Translations under genes and position numbers: made by a program
Shown: positions 63,819 to 64,000 of the stretch, in pieces
Layout: every line of letters begins with the position of its first letter
How positions within the stretch are numbered: the first letter of the stretch is position 1
DNA from: Lama glama
Lineage: Eukaryota
Reading direction: 5' to 3'
Length of the DNA stretch: 64,000 bases
NCBI GenBank assembly: GCA_028534125.1
Contig: CM052817.1
Location: forward strand, 99,016,001 to 99,080,000
Notes under the pieces: model-generated
What the model saw: only the letters and a program-made list of their open reading frames with translations
Told to the model about the DNA's origin: nothing
Database searches by the model: none

Positions 63819-64000
63819 TGGTCTTGGTCTGCTCAGGCTGCCGTAATACAGTATCACAGAATGGGTGGCTCAAACCTCAGAAATGTATTTCTCACACTTC
63901 TGGAGGCTGAAAGTCCAAGGTCAATGTGCCGGAATATTTATTCCTGGTGAGAGCTCTCTTCCTGGCTTGCAGATGGTTACCTTCCTGCAGTGTCCTCACA
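63819..64000 (-). mobile_element. MaLR LTR (MLT1A-like), truncated by window end
   Basis: gtcttggtctgctcaggctgccgtaatacagtatcacagaatgggtggctcaaac...ttctggaggctgaaagtccaaggtcaa...cttcctggcttgcagatgg. Confidence 0.85.

Noticed and set aside
50730..64000. Nested MAB21L2 coding sequence
   Set aside because: No long single-exon + strand ORF or CpG island here; the gene must lie beyond the right edge

Overview
Mammalian, AT-rich genomic DNA, almost certainly a camelid (alpaca/llama/camel): it carries six tRNA-Ala-derived vic-1-type SINEs and cetartiodactyl-type L1 3' ends. The whole window lies inside the LRBA gene (minus strand). Six internal coding exons with GT-AG borders (50612-50729, 48381-48483, 38129-38244, 33575-33687, 11950-12090, 10814-10933) splice in frame to 711 nt / 237 aa. 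They cover the C-terminal part of the PH domain and the N-terminal half of the BEACH domain. The rest is intron, filled with L1, L2, MIR, CR1, HAL1, MaLR/ERV LTRs and hAT/Tigger MITEs, several nested and with recognisable target-site duplications (TSDs). No start or stop exon, no MAB21L2 coding sequence and no genuine RNA gene is visible. I found no convincing new protein-coding system; nearly all ORF-track entries are repeat or noise ORFs. The best leads are: (i) repeat-free, motif-dense intronic blocks that may be long-range enhancers of the nested gene MAB21L2, known to sit in a large LRBA intron on the right-hand side, outside this window; (ii) a near-perfect RFX X-box next to an unassigned strong splice donor, a possible internal promoter; (iii) a CTCF-like site in an ancient CR1; (iv) two long hairpins; (v) unusual retrotransposition products. 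Repeat family names and most repeat boundaries are by-eye recollection and approximate. Regulatory calls are inference.
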